Shown here one piece after another: positions 36,708-49,702 of a DNA stretch of 64,000 nt; position 1 is the stretch's first letter; each line of letters starts with the position of its first letter. The notes under the pieces were generated by a model that made no database searches, had not been told where the DNA came from, and worked only from the letters and a program-made list of their open reading frames with translations. The stretch is from Balanoglossus misakiensis (Eukaryota; Animalia; Hemichordata): positions 12,123,654 through 12,187,653 of the forward strand of contig CM082577.2 of assembly GCA_040954595.2 (NCBI GenBank), read 5' to 3'. A program made the translations under genes and the position numbers.

Positions 36708-39700
36708 ATTTATCACACAGATACCCCAGGATGAAGACCAGAAGAACCAGAACACCAAGAAGAAGACGAAGAAAAACCCAGCTTTAATTTCGGTATGTGT
36801 TATTCCATGTAATTAATGCAAAATTATTTTAAAATATACTAACCATTTTTTCCCTTTGATTCCTTCAACAGATACCCCCGGACGAAGACCAGAAGACCAA
36901 GGAGAAGACGAAGACCAGAAGGCCAAGGAGAAGACGAAGAAAAACCCAGCGTTAATTATGGTATGTGTTTATCCATGTATTAAATGCAAAATTATTTTAA
37001 TATATTCTAACCATTTTTCCCCTTTGATTCCTTCAACAGATACCCCCGGATGAAGACCAGAAGACGAAGACCAGAAGACCAACGAGAAGACGAAGACCAG
37101 AAGGCCAAGGAGAAGACGAAGAAAAACCCAGCGTTAATTATGGTATGTGTTTATCCATGTATAATATGCAAAATTATTTTAAAATATTCTAACCATTTTT
37201 CCCCTTTGATTCCTTCAACAGATACCCCCGGATGAAGACCAGAAGACGAAGACCAGAAGACCAGAAGACCAACGAGAAGACGAAGACCAGAAGGCCAAGG
37301 AGAAGACGAAGAAAAACCCAGCGTTAATTATGGTATGTGTTTATCCATGTATAATATGCAAAATTATTTTAAAATATTCTAACCATTTTTCCCCTTTGAT
37401 TTCTTCAACAGATACCCCCGGATGAAGACCAGAAGACGAAGACCAGAAGACCAACGAGAAGACGAAGACCAGAAGGCCAAGGAGAAGACGAAGAAAAACC
37501 CAGCGTTAATTATGGTATGTGTTTATCCATGTATAATATGCAAAATTATTTTAATATATTCTAACCATTTTTCCCCTTTGATTCCTTCAACAGATACCCC
37601 CGGATGAAGACCAGAAGACGAAGACCAGAAGACCAACGAGAAGACGAAGACCAGAAGGCCAACGAGAAGACGAAGAAAAACCCAGCGTTAATTATGGTAT
37701 GTGTTTATCCATGTATAATATGCAAAATTATTTTAATATATTCTAACCATTTTTTTCCCTTTGATTCCTTCAACAGATACCCCCGGATGAAGACCAGAAG
37801 ACGAAGACCAGAAGACCAGAAGACCAACGAGAAGACGAAGACCAGAAGACCAAGCTGAAGACCAGAAGACCAACGAGAAGACGAAGACCAGAAGGCCAAG
37901 GAGAAGACGAAGAAAAACCCAGCGTTAATTATGGTATGTGTTTATCCATGTATAATATGCAAAATTATTTTAATATATTCTAACCATTTTTTCCCCTTTG
38001 ATTCCTTCAACAGATACCCCCGGATGAAGACCAGAAGACGAAGACCAGAAGACCAGAAGACCAGAAGACCAGAAGACCAACGAGAAGACGAAGACCAGAA
38101 GGCCAAGGAGAAGACGAAGAAAAACCCAGCGTTAATTATGGTATGTGTTTATCCATGTATAATATGCAAAATTATTTTAATATATTCTAACCATTTTTTC
38201 CCCTTTGATTCCTTCAACAGATACCCCCGGATGAAGACCAGAAGACGAAGACCAGAAGACCAGAAGACCAACGAGAAGACGAAGACCAGAAGACCAAGCT
38301 GAAGACCAGAAGACCAACGAGAAGACGAAGACCAGAAGGCCAACGAGAAGACGAAGAAAAACCCAGCGTTAATTACGGTATGTGTTTATCCATGTATAAT
38401 ATGCAAAATTATTTTAATATATTCTAACCATTTTTCCCCTTTGATTCCTTCAACAGATACCCCCGGATGAAGACCAGAAGACGAAGACCAGAAGACCAGA
38501 AGACCAACGAGAAGACGAAGACCAGAAGACCAAGCTGAAGACCAGAAGACCAACGAGAAGACGAAGACCAGAAGGCCAACGAGAAGGCGAAGAAAAACCC
38601 AGCGTTAATTACGGTATGTGTTTATCCATGTATAATATGCAAAATTATTTTAATATATTCTAACCATTTTTCCCCTTTGATTCCTTCAACAGATACCCCC
38701 GGATGAAGACCAGAAGACGAAGACCAGAAGACCAGAAGACCAACGAGAAGACGAAGACCAGAAGACCAAGCTGAAGACCAGAAGACCAACGAGAAGACGA
38801 AGACCAGAAGACCAAGGAGAAGCCCGAAGAAAAACCCAGCGTTAATTATGGTATGTGTTTATCCATGTATAATATGCAAAATTATTTTAATATATTCTAA
38901 CCATTTTTCCCCTTTGATTCCTTCAACAGATACCCCCGGATGAAGACCAGAAGACGAAGACCAGAAGACCAGAAGACCAACGAGAAGACGAAGACCAGAA
39001 GACCAAGCTGAAGACCAGAAGACCAACGAGAAGACGAAGACCAGAAGGCCAACGAGAAGGCGAAGAAAAACCCAGCGTTAATTACGGTATGTGTTTATCC
39101 ATGTATAATATGCAAAATTATTTTAATATATTCTAACCATTTTTCCCCTTTGATTCCTTCAACAGATACCCCCGGATGAAGACCAGAAGACGAAGACCAG
39201 AAGACCAGAAGACCAACGAGAAGACGAAGACCAGAAGACCAAGCTGAAGACCAGAAGACCAACGAGAAGACGAAGACCAGAAGACCAAGGAGAAGCCCGA
39301 AGAAAAACCCAGCGTTAATTATGGTATGTGTTTATCCATGTATAATATGCAAAATTATTTTAATATATTCTAACCATTTTTCCCCTTTGATTCCTTCAAC
39401 AGATACCCCCGGATGAAGACCAGAAGACGAAGACCAGAAGACCAGAAGACCAACGAGAAGACGAAGACCAGAAGACCAAGCTGAAGACCAGAAGACCAAC
39501 GAGAAGACGAAGACCAGAAGACCAAGGAGAAGCCCGAAGAAAAACCCAGCGTTAATTATGGTATGTGTTTATCCATGTATAATATGCAAAATTATTTTAA
39601 TATATTCTAACCATTTTTCCCCTTTGATTCCTTCAACAGATACCCCCGGATGAAGACCAGAAGACGAAGACCAGAAGACCAGAAGACCAACGAGAAGACG

Positions 39701-40136
39701 AAGACCAGAAGACCAAGCTGAAGACCAGAAGACCAACGAGAAGACGAAGACCAGAAGACCAAGGAGAAGCCCGAAGAAAAACCCAGCGTTAATTATGGTA
39801 TGTGTTTATCCATGTATAATATGCAAAATTATTTTAATATATTCTAACCATTTTTCCCCTTTGATTTCTTCAACAGATACCCCCGGATGAAGACCAGAAG
39901 ACGAAGACCAGAAGACCAAGACGAAGACCAGAAGACCAACGAGAAGACGAAGACCAGAAGACCAACGAGAAGACGAAGAAAAACCCAGCGTTAATTTCGG
40001 TATGTGTTATTCCAATAATTTCTTTCATGCACTTTACTAACATTCTATTTCTATCTGTTTATCTCTACAGATCACACAAGACCTGGACCTGGATGCGCAC
40101 AGGGGCAGTGGTTTGGGGGTATTGGGCCCTTCCCGG
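36708..40136 (+). repeat. Tandem array of 16 exon-intron units (roughly 165-237 bp each) with a GAAGACCA-rich exon-like part
   Basis: Each unit is CAG|ATACCCCCGGATGAAGACCAGAAGACGAAG...AAAAACCCAGCGTTAATTA(T/C)G|GTATGT...TTCTAAC..ttttcccctttgattccttcaaCAG. Acceptors fall near 36707, 36871, 37039, 37221, 37411, 37593, 37776, 38013, 38220, 38456, 38692, 38929, 39165, 39402, 39639 and 39876, with a final one at 40070. Confidence 0.92.
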
Positions 40137-40925
40137 GTAAGAACGAATTGTTTGATTTACTGTTCAAATTTCAGTTTGCAAACTGAGTTGTGGGACTCCT
40201 TCCTTTAGATAGGGACACACGGCCTTGTAATGGGATTCTGGGGGCAGGCCCTTTTAGAGTAGGTGCCGTCATAGTGGGTAGCTTCACGTGCTGACGGTGT
40301 AATCTAAACATTGGAAAAATGTGTTTTTCCAATGTTTGGAGACTAAACCCACTTCCCCAAAAATGTAAGCTGTCCTTTGAGAACCAAGTTGAAGAACACA
40401 GTGTGATGTCTCCAGGAATGAAGTCCATGGTGTTAGAAGATCTTGCCTGGCAGTGTGTTCTGGATCATGATATTATTGGGCATGGCAGCTAACCAGTGAT
40501 CAGGTAAATGATTGTACAGTGTTGCATTTCCCTGTCATGATGTTAAATATGCATATTTGCGACATCTTTTTAAGACAACTAGATGATGTAAATCAAAACT
40601 TAGCATTTTTAGGAGATGTCTAACTGTAGTAAGCCAAACACCAGTAAGAACTAAAATATCTCCACTGGAAAACACTGTTTGACCAGCCTTTTGATTGAAA
40701 ACCAAAGGAGACATGTTCCTGTAGCAAATGGTTTCTAGGGAGAAATTTGAAAAGCAATGACTGTTCCAGATTTTGTTTTTTTCTTTGCTGGCTTAGTTGA
40801 TTTTGTGGCTTGAATGTTTTGCAGGGTGGTGTGCAATTGGAGGAGAGAACTTGTTCAACATGAAGACCTCTGGAGAAGTTGTCTGTCCATCATGATGTTT
40901 CTGGAGCAAGACACTTGGAAAATAG
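36708..40925 (+). ncRNA. Putative multi-exon long non-coding transcript built from the tandem array plus unique downstream exons
   Basis: Canonical donor, branch point and acceptor in every unit. Further candidate exons at 40071-40136, ~40174-40503 and ~40824-40925, each bounded by AG and GT. Exon lengths (e.g. 85, 89, 103 nt) do not preserve a frame. Transcription cannot be shown from sequence alone. Confidence 0.45.
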
Positions 40926-41149
40926 GTCAGTCGTTGAAGTATCATCTAGAAAGGTAGTCGCTACCATTCAAATTAATGTCCTGATGGCCACGAAAGTATT
41001 CTTTCAGTTTTTCTAATGACCTTCTTTGAAAAAAAAGAGAAAAAAATATAGGGTCCCCATGCAAAATGTTCCAGAAAATGGTACCAAAACCACCCAATTC
41101 AACAAAAATTGGGATATTTTGAAAAATAGGAGTTTTCTTCAGAAATCCA

Positions 41150-42170
41150 ATGTTTAGAAATCAGCTATGTTAACACCTTTCCATAAATCTAGTGATATGT
41201 CCAATCCATGCAACTATAGGGCCATAGCACTATCGAGCTGTTTATCAAAATTATGCAAGGTCAATTTTCAATATGCAGTTAATCAGCTACCTAGACATTA
41301 ACAGGCTTATTACACCATTTTGGTTCAGGTTCAGAAAGAACACGAGAACATCTGATTCTATGTTTGTTCCTAACACTGCAATAAACAAATGTGTCTAAAC
41401 TGAAAGGAAAAAGAGAGGAAATTATTTATACTCAGCTTTTGTTGACTTGAGATGGGCTTCTGATTGTGTTTTGAAGAAGGATTTATTTTTGAAGTTGGTA
41501 AATTTTATCAGTCATTAATTAAAACAAGGTAGGAAAATGTTAATTACAAGGTTGTCAAAGAGCTTTGAGACATCTTGTGGAGTTCAGCAGGGATGTAAGT
41601 TGTCTGCTACATTTTAAATTTTTTTTCTAAATGATTGCACTGATATTTTGGGGGAAGCATCTGATTTTCTAGTCGAACTGGATAGTGTCAAGTTAAAACT
41701 CTATTATTTATGCAGATCGATGATTTATTGCTAAATTTAGAATCTACAAAACTGTGAAAGCAAACTAGGTGTATACCGCCAACAATGGGATCTCACAGTA
41801 AATGTCAAAAACCAAATTTATGATTCTCAACAGGCCTAGGAATAGCAGAATGGTAAAAAAAACTGTGGCTTTAAAATTCATGGTGAAATGATCAGTCAAG
41901 CCAAACAATTTGGTGTATGCTTAATACTCCTAATGGCAAATTTAAGCAAAACCAGTTACACTTGAAAATGAAAACAATGAAAGCACTATTTACTGTTAAA
42001 CGTTCAATTCTGTATGCTCCTCGAGCTGGCATTAGGAGTGAATAGGGTAGATTTCTAATCAGAATGAAAATGTTGAAATTCAGTACCCATAATGTAGAAA
42101 TATGGGTACTTGTCATCAGCAAAAAGAATTCAAATTATTTGATGTAAAATCTGGGTCACTGCTGTTCAAG
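41150..42170 (+). mobile_element. Decayed non-LTR retrotransposon (LINE) reverse transcriptase fragment
   Basis: Frameshifted RT motifs TPFHKSSDMSNPCNYRAIALSSCLSKL, FRFRKNTRTSDSMFV, YSAFVDL and GVQQGCKLS, plus a broken LLYADD-like box near 41700; many stops. Confidence 0.8.
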
Positions 42171-42604
42171 AGTATAAAAATTAAGTAAGAAAAAGACTTC
42201 TGTAGAATCTTGGAAAATTTCTACATAATGTTACAATTTTCAAAATAATTACTGTACTTTACAGCACTCTCTGATCGTGCATGTTGTGTACTAAATAAAA
42301 TATGAATTAAAGGCTAGAGGGCATAACAAGTTTTCCGCAAAACTCTGTAGGATAGTCCTGTTAAAATATTCACATCTTGAACTGCATTAATACTGAAAAG
42401 CCAACGTTCATTGACTGCGCCCTCTGGAGGCCAGTCTCGCGACCTCTGTTGACCTTGCAACAGGTCAATACATGTCAGCTGGTTGTAAAATTGGCTCAGG
42501 TCAGGTCAGTTGTTTGTGGAGTGTGTTGAACGCCTCCGGTACATGGGGGACTGTTTTGGATTGTTTTCCATCATTCAAAATCTCCGGCGTAAATTGTCGG
42601 GACC

Positions 42605-45562
42605 ATGCTGAGTTCAAAAAGCCAAGATACGGGATCTCTTGGATGGAGATTGATGAACGCATTCATGTGTGCACTGTTTGCTGTGTTTGCTTATGTACAG
42701 GTACGTGTTGGTCATTTCCGGGTTCGGACACATTGGACCACGCCACGCTCCCTTTGGGGTGTTTGTGTAAGATTTCGTAGACTGATGTTTTTTTATATCG
42801 GTCTGGGCAGTAACACAGTTAGAGCAACAAAATGTGTTATTCCTAATTATATTATACCAGTATATTGATGGTGTAAATCACGCTATTTGATTGGTCGAGA
42901 CATGACACGTGACCGTGATATATTAGCCATATACCACAGTCATATATCATAGTCAACGAAAATGCCTTTTTAAAATGTTTTATGCAAAGTTTCAATATAC
43001 TGGCATAATATAATAGCAATAAAACACCCCCAGCCATGGTATACCACTCGATTTTGACCAGTTCAACTCCATATACGCACTCGCTATCGCTCGTGCGTAT
43101 ATGTCGTGAACTGGTCAAAATCTTGTGGTATACCATGGCTGGGGGTGTTTTATTGCTTAAATACCACATAGCCAAGTCCGTAGGCAAGACCTGACAAATT
43201 GTAGATCGAAAATCGAAATATTGTCCCAATTATTATCAATGCGTTTGTATATGTACATGTACTTTTGGAAGTCTTTTCTAGTCCAGGGTGTGGTTAAATG
43301 TTTTATTATTTTATAGAAAACTTAATGTCCGTGTGAACTACACCTTTCAAGGTTAAATTAAGTTTGCAGGTTTCCTATCAGATTCATGCAAATGATGAAG
43401 AAAAAAATTAATAATTTATTTAATGAATTGTCCAAATAGAGTGAGGTTTATGATGGAAATTGGTCAGTATGAGATCAAATGCAGTATCGGAGCAAATAAA
43501 ATGTCAGTGATGCTTATTTTTCTTTGCTTACAGAAAAATGATCCTGACCCTGAATTATGGATGGTGAGTAACCGTGGTAACCCACAAATGTTCTGACTGC
43601 ATGATTTATCTCCAGTCTCTCTGCAAACAGAAATGACAGCTTAACTTACTGTTGGGTGAAGGAAAACCACTGACTTCACCCTTTCTGTCATAACCGTGGA
43701 TAGAAATTACCAAGCAACATATCAGACTTCTTGAAGTTAATATTTTTCTAAATTCTTAGTTTTCCATGGGAACACTGAAGCCATTATTCATTGTCGAAAT
43801 GACATATGCTAGGTGCAGAAATTTCTGTTTGTTTTCTGTGCCAGTCTTTGTGAATTAGCACATTACTGGGGTGTGTCCAAGGCGCCTTGCTTCCATCAAT
43901 GGAACACACTCTTATATTAATTGTAAAAATATTTCCATGTGAAATAAGTTGGAATCTCCATGTAGAGAATGGGATTTTATTAAATCGAAATAATGTAAAA
44001 GAAATACTGAAAGATATTGTCTTTGTTTGTTTCAGGCTCTTTACAGTATACCTGCATTGTTGTGTCTGGCTGTAGCAGTGTCCAGTCATGTGACAGGTAA
44101 GTTGACTTTTTATGAATACAACCATGGATGTGAATCTTGAATTTTTATATCGAAACTTCTTAAAATTGTGAAACTGATATTTCTGTTCACGAACGGTTTA
44201 ATTCATTTGAAATTTTAGAAATTTCATTCTGTGACAGCAAGTTGGTCTTTATCCAAAGTTCCTGAATCCTCCATCACAGAGATGAAAGGTCTATGATTTT
44301 AATAGCTTCATGTACCACTGAGGTTAATGTGTGATGATTTTATATTTGCGCAAATCTCGTGTTTCTGGTTTAATTGTTGTGATTAAAGCAACCATAAATC
44401 GGTCTACAAGACAAAACTAATTATTTCTTTGTTTTCTCCATGCAGATAATCAAATATGGCGGATAACCTGCACATTGCATGTCGTTGCCATGGGTTTGCT
44501 GTCGCTGTATCTGACAAAGACGATAAAAGACAGCAAGACAGAAATGAAATTCTATGAAATAGAAGAAGCCAGGTAAGTCAAGTGATTTGATTTAAATGTT
44601 GAAAGCTGCAGAGATATACAATTTACAGCTTTTAATAAATGATGTCTAGCCCTCTAAATAAATTTTCAAAGCTTTGAGTCAATTTGAGAATTTCTAAAAA
44701 TTTCTCTGAGTCAGCCCTATACTTTTGCATGTAGTGTTGATAATTTTCTTGAGTCACCAGTGAGTTTGTTGGGTCAGTGGCGCCTCATATTGGCTTAGAG
44801 GGCATACTGATGTCCAGTAGAACAGAAACTGGGGGTCATAATGCAAAAATTGATATTTTTCATGTTTTGGCAATGGTGACAAATATTTTGATTCTGATCA
44901 ATTTCTGCGATAAAATTAATAGCCAGTGTTTTTATTTTTTATTCACAGAGAACTTGGTGGATTGGTTTTTGTTATGCTGTGGTTGATCATCTGCGGAAAT
45001 TCTTCAAGGTCAGTTTTGTCTCCAGATTTTTGTTGCAGTCTTAAATTATTCATAAATATACACAGGCTGTTGTCACACTTTTTCTTTTGAGGATTTTTGT
45101 TCAAACAAATTAGAACACTTCCAGGACTAGATCGGTTTAAAGGTCTAGTGATGTGGTGTAATTTGAGGCGCAATTTGTCACCTAATCACTGTTACATGTA
45201 CCATGGAAAATGCAAATACAGCCAGTCACTGATTTTCAGTTGGTACGTGGCATATGCCAAAAAAAGTGCCACGATGGCTATTAGAACACTTAGACACAAC
45301 CTTTGGCCATGTAAAAGCATATGAAATTTTCATATTTATGATGATTGCAATATTTTCAGGAACATAATTTTACCACCTTTCATTGTTGTCCTATTTTTTG
45401 TTCGCCAGGTCACGTTTGAGTTTGACATTTCTGACACTTGGTTGCGCTGTGCTAGCATCGGTTCCAATCTTGCTCTGGATAGGCATGTACATCAACTCGG
45501 AGTACAGAGAGAAAATGCCGGAACACTGTAAAACTGTCATGTATGCAGATAAGGACTCGTAG
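42605..45562 (+). CDS. TMEM220: Transmembrane protein 220, 6 coding exons, ~175 aa
   Basis: Exons 42605-42700, 43534-43563, 44036-44096, 44446-44572, 44949-45008 and 45409-45562 (528 nt, GT-AG, phases consistent). The protein reads WRLMNAFMCALFAVFAYVQKNDPDPELWMALYSIPA...EEARELGGLV...WIGMYINSEYREKMPEHCKTVM, matching the TMEM220 signature. Confidence 0.93.
42848..43163. mobile_element. Palindrome-ended element (Crypton-like) in TMEM220 intron 1
   Basis: ~150 bp palindrome agcaataaaacacccccagccatggtatacca...ctcgctatcgctcg...tggtataccatggctgggggtgttttattgct, preceded by a tattataccagtat...atactggcataata inner inverted repeat. Confidence 0.55.
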
Positions 45563-46339
45563 TGGAAATCGAAGGACCAAGGAAAATGGCGTCCTGTCTA
45601 AGCTGGAACCTTGTGCATATATACCGTACTGAGACACTGGTGTTGACTGTGACATGCACATTGCTGTAATGTATTGCTTGGAAGCTCATGTTAGCCACAG
45701 ACAACTTTGATATGGACATGCAGGTGAAAACAGTGATGCACTGCATTGTTCCAAATCTCCTGGACAATTCCTCGAACAATAGTGCTGCAGCGCATTGCCT
45801 ATTGGCATAGCAACCTTAAATAACAAAGCATAGGGACTTCACCGTAGCAGTAGTGGCCAAGTGCACAAGTGACATGGGGAAATACTATTGTTCCGCTATC
45901 CTGATTTAATTAAATGAATCAAACTTTGGCTCAAACTGTGGTCAGTTTTCATGAAACTTGAAAGAATTCATAACCCAAGCATAAAGTCAACAAGTGTTTA
46001 ACGCAGGGCTCAAATTTAAAAGTAGTCACATGCTAACAGACTACCAATTGCTCCTTACAGACTCGCTACTAAATTTTGCAAAATGGTGGTCACCGCTGAC
46101 TACCAGTAGGTGGACCCATTTCAGCTGTGCTATTGTGTCAACACTATTACTAGCAGGCATATATATATATGTTGCTGAAATGTTTGTAGCAAAATTTTCC
46201 TTGTCAGATTTCCATGCATCAAATTTTCAACCATCGTTTCATGATTTTTCAACATTTATGCAAATATTTTTTATTGTTTGGCATAGTGCTTTCATTTTAT
46301 ATAGTTGTTTTGTTGCTTTAGCTATCCATTGTTTGAGTA

Positions 46340-46880
46340 TTCTGGACCGTAGTAAATGACTCTCCTAGCTCAATTCAGACTTGGAATTTTGCCACTACGA
46401 GTTGAAACAGGCAGAATTGAAGGAGAAGCTTTGAATGAAAGAATTTGTATATTTTACACAGAGAATGCAATGGAAGACAAATTTCACTTTCTTTTACACT
46501 GTACTTTATAGAATGAAAATTTATTTGATATTACCAGCAAGCATTTTCACGATTTTCAAGAATTGCCTGATACGGAGAAACTCAAACTCTTCCTCATTGA
46601 CTTGAGTCAAAGTACACCAAAACTTATTGCTAAATGGGAAACGTAAGTCCCTACTTTACAAAGTACATGTACGCTGACTGCCTATACCTTGTTTTGTCTT
46701 CAACAATTATGCGAGTTCAGGTATTATCAGAAACCTGTGTAGTTTGTTTATTCCCCCCCCCTTTTGTTTACCTGAAAAGCAACTCGTATGAGAATTTATG
46801 TATTATTTACAGTGATGAATAAGCCCATTGTGGCTTGTTGTATTGCCTTTAAGTCAAGAAATAAATATTATCTATTTATT
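46340..46880 (+). mobile_element. Decayed LINE 3' fragment (C-terminal zinc-finger region and tail)
   Basis: Translates to QFRLGILPLRVETGR ... EDKFHFLLHC.LY, typical of non-LTR ORF2 C-termini. Ends in aaataaa followed by a short AT repeat. Confidence 0.65.
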
Positions 46881-47260
46881 AAGTCAGTGATTGTGTGATT
46901 GAAATATTTTGTCAGTCTCCATGGGAAATATCTTGCACCTTCAAAATGCATACTTTAATTCTGTCATGTTGATAAAAAGTACAGAAAGCATGCAGATTCC
47001 AATTTGCTGTTCTGATAACTATTAGCTATATGCGTGCCTTTATTAATTCTAGTCAAAAAGTTATGGTTAGTTTGGAGGTATGAAGTATTTGAGCTCAGTA
47101 GCTGCATGCTAAGTGTCTGAACGTCAGCTATTCTGACAATCCAGCCTCCCCCCCCCCCCCCCCCCTCCTCCGGCTCTATACCGTACGTCCATATGGATGC
47201 CAGATGCATGATATAGTGAGACTGGGAACAACTCCCTCTACGGTGGGGTTGGCCTTTGAC

Positions 47261-47268
47261 TGACGTCA
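47261..47268. promoter_or_regulatory. Perfect CRE palindrome TGACGTCA in a CpG-rich patch, probable SLC16 promoter
   Basis: TGACGTCA lies upstream of a candidate non-coding first exon ending at CAAG|GTAGGG (47564). The acceptor tctcaacag sits immediately before the ATG at 49703. Confidence 0.4.
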
Positions 47269-49702
47269 CAGTCCTATTTTTAGCATGGGCGTCACTTTCT
47301 CTTCTCGTTGACCGCCGTGTGTGTGTGTTCGTTCGTTCGTTCAGCTGGTTTGGAGCTGAAAACTTCCTGGACCCAGCCCAGTCACAGAAAGGCGACCGCT
47401 GTATCGACATATTGGATATTCTAGCCGTTTCATGCTGACTTCTTAGCGTTTCACTTTCGATTGCACGCAAATACAACATCCACCCGGGTCACGGCCCAGA
47501 TGATTGTGGCAAACGCCGCTCGGTAGGAGACGTGTACATTTCAAGACATCGACAAGCAAGCAAGGTAGGGCGTAATACAGATCTGCTTTGCTTTGATGTT
47601 CTCCGCTTACAGTGTTACACGATACACGTACAGCGCAAATATCACCGAATTTGCACAAATAGTTCACTGTACAAATGCACAATAGATATTGCAGAAATAA
47701 TTGACGCGGATGTTGACATGAGATGACCTTGAAGTTGAAATCGAAGGGCGATATTGTTTACCTGTGCTCGGAGTAACCTAAAACAATAGAGCAGCGGTAC
47801 ATGCATCTCTTCAGCTGTATGTATTGTCAAATGCGATATGCCCAGCAGCAAAAATAACTTGTCATTAATTAGCAAGATTGTGAGGGATATACATTATTTT
47901 GAAGTTGTAAATGTTTACCTTGTAAACAAGTTTGAGAGTGCAAAATATTGCAGTCGATAACAAAGTGTCACGCATTTATTATTTAAAATTAATATCGTGA
48001 TAAGATTGACAGATACATGTGCCCCTTTCACTTCAACTCTTGCATCTACTCTGCCCTTTCTAGACTCTGTCAAACACACGCTAGAATATGATGTACTGCA
48101 ACTGGTGTCCCCTTGAATTTAATCAATCTGTTTATTTCTAAACGAGGATTAATTAAATTTACAACAAACTCAGTAGAAAAAAAACGCTAATTCAGTTTGA
48201 AAATAGATTACATGTACATATGAGAACAACTAAGTATCAACTATTTCAAAGCAAAAAAAAAAAACGTGGCTACTGACATTTTGACAAACGGATTATTGTC
48301 TCACAAATTTTTTATTCTGAAATTCACCACTTTTTATGTGGCCTACGGTTTTGTATGATATGCAGCTGCAGTAAATTTTCTATAGATTCTTTTTAGTGTC
48401 ACGGGTTGTATGGCAAAAAAAACAGATTTTGCCATCCATCTGCCAACAACAGACAAAAACTTCAGCTTATATTTAAATTTTAAAGGGACATTAGCTGTAA
48501 TTTTGCTCATTTACCAAATTATGCGATATAGTTTTGTACCCAGTACTGCTTTTGAGAATGTAGCCTGTAGATGTGTAACGGCCATTGTTGACATATGAAT
48601 TCAAATTTTGCACAATAACAATTTACCGTATGGTAATGCTGACTATACATGTAGTTATAGCATAGACCCTGCAGGGTCTATGGTTATACATGTACATTAA
48701 ATAGGTGTTGTGTTGATAAGCTAAATTCTGGGCATTCCATCATGTTTCAAGACGACAAGAATATGAACAAGAAACTGCAGTAGATAAGATACATAAAATC
48801 GCAGCGAAAATTTACACCTATGGAGCCACACCTATTTACCGTACTGTAGCTACCTAATGACAAGTGTTTTTGGCTATAGTGTGTACCCGGGTAGAAAAAA
48901 ACCTGACCCATTTCTTTCAAGAAGTAGGGCTGCAATATTTACAATGTGTGGTACTTGTTAGCAATGTTGGACTATAAATTATTTCATTGCTAGCACTGAA
49001 ACACCAATGAAGGGGTCAGAAATACAATAAAAATTTGTCCTTGAACTCTTGAGCTGGCCTTAAATGAAAGAGGAACAAACATTGCATTTTACAGTCTTAT
49101 ATTTGTTTGAATTGAAATTCCACAGCTAATCGACTTTGTATCCAGCATTGTTATAGCCATCCATCATTGTTCAATAACAATTGAAAGATGCACAGGGGAA
49201 TTAGAATTTCTGCACAGGGAGTCTTGCTCTCTGAACAGAAAGGTAGAAACACTGGTACCTGCTAACATTTTATCCTATTACACGTATAATATGAACAGCT
49301 ATCATTTGAGTTAATACAGTAGCATGTGCAATGTAAACTGGTATTGCAGGATACGTTTTTTAATCTCCAGGCATGTTCTCTGTAAAATAACCATGGGTTT
49401 TTGAGAGCTCTGATGAACATGAATGTTTATCATCTGTAATGAAATGAACCTGTTATTACAGATGTTTGTACTATACAGCAAACAAGACTGAAACTCTGTA
49501 TAATCCGAAATTATCGAAATATTTGGGTATCCATTGAAGTTTATCTTTAATTTGTGATGGCATTGAAAGAAATGGAAGTTTTCAATTCTTAAAACAATTA
49601 CCAGTAATAACTAATAAACTGAAGCCGAAAATTTAAACCTGGTATCCTGCTTATACTTTCAAACAGATTATTGATCATAGACTTCTCTTCTATCTCAACA
49701 GA

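Noticed and set aside
36961-37039. snoRNA or mirtron hosted in the repeated intron
   Set aside because: No box C/D or H/ACA arrangement and no convincing end-to-end hairpin were seen.
36856-38343. Short ORFs MKTRRRRPEDQ... as real proteins
   Set aside because: They read through the predicted introns and simply follow repeat periodicity; where I translated the spliced exons, the frame shifted and hit TGA.
36708-40070. CRISPR-like array (constant repeat with variable spacer)
   Set aside because: The context is eukaryotic, the variable parts are homologous to each other rather than unique spacers, the units are far too long and there are no cas genes.
46964-47479. 171-aa minus-strand ORF
   Set aside because: It spans a poly-C run and a promoter-like CpG patch, with no domain or splice support.
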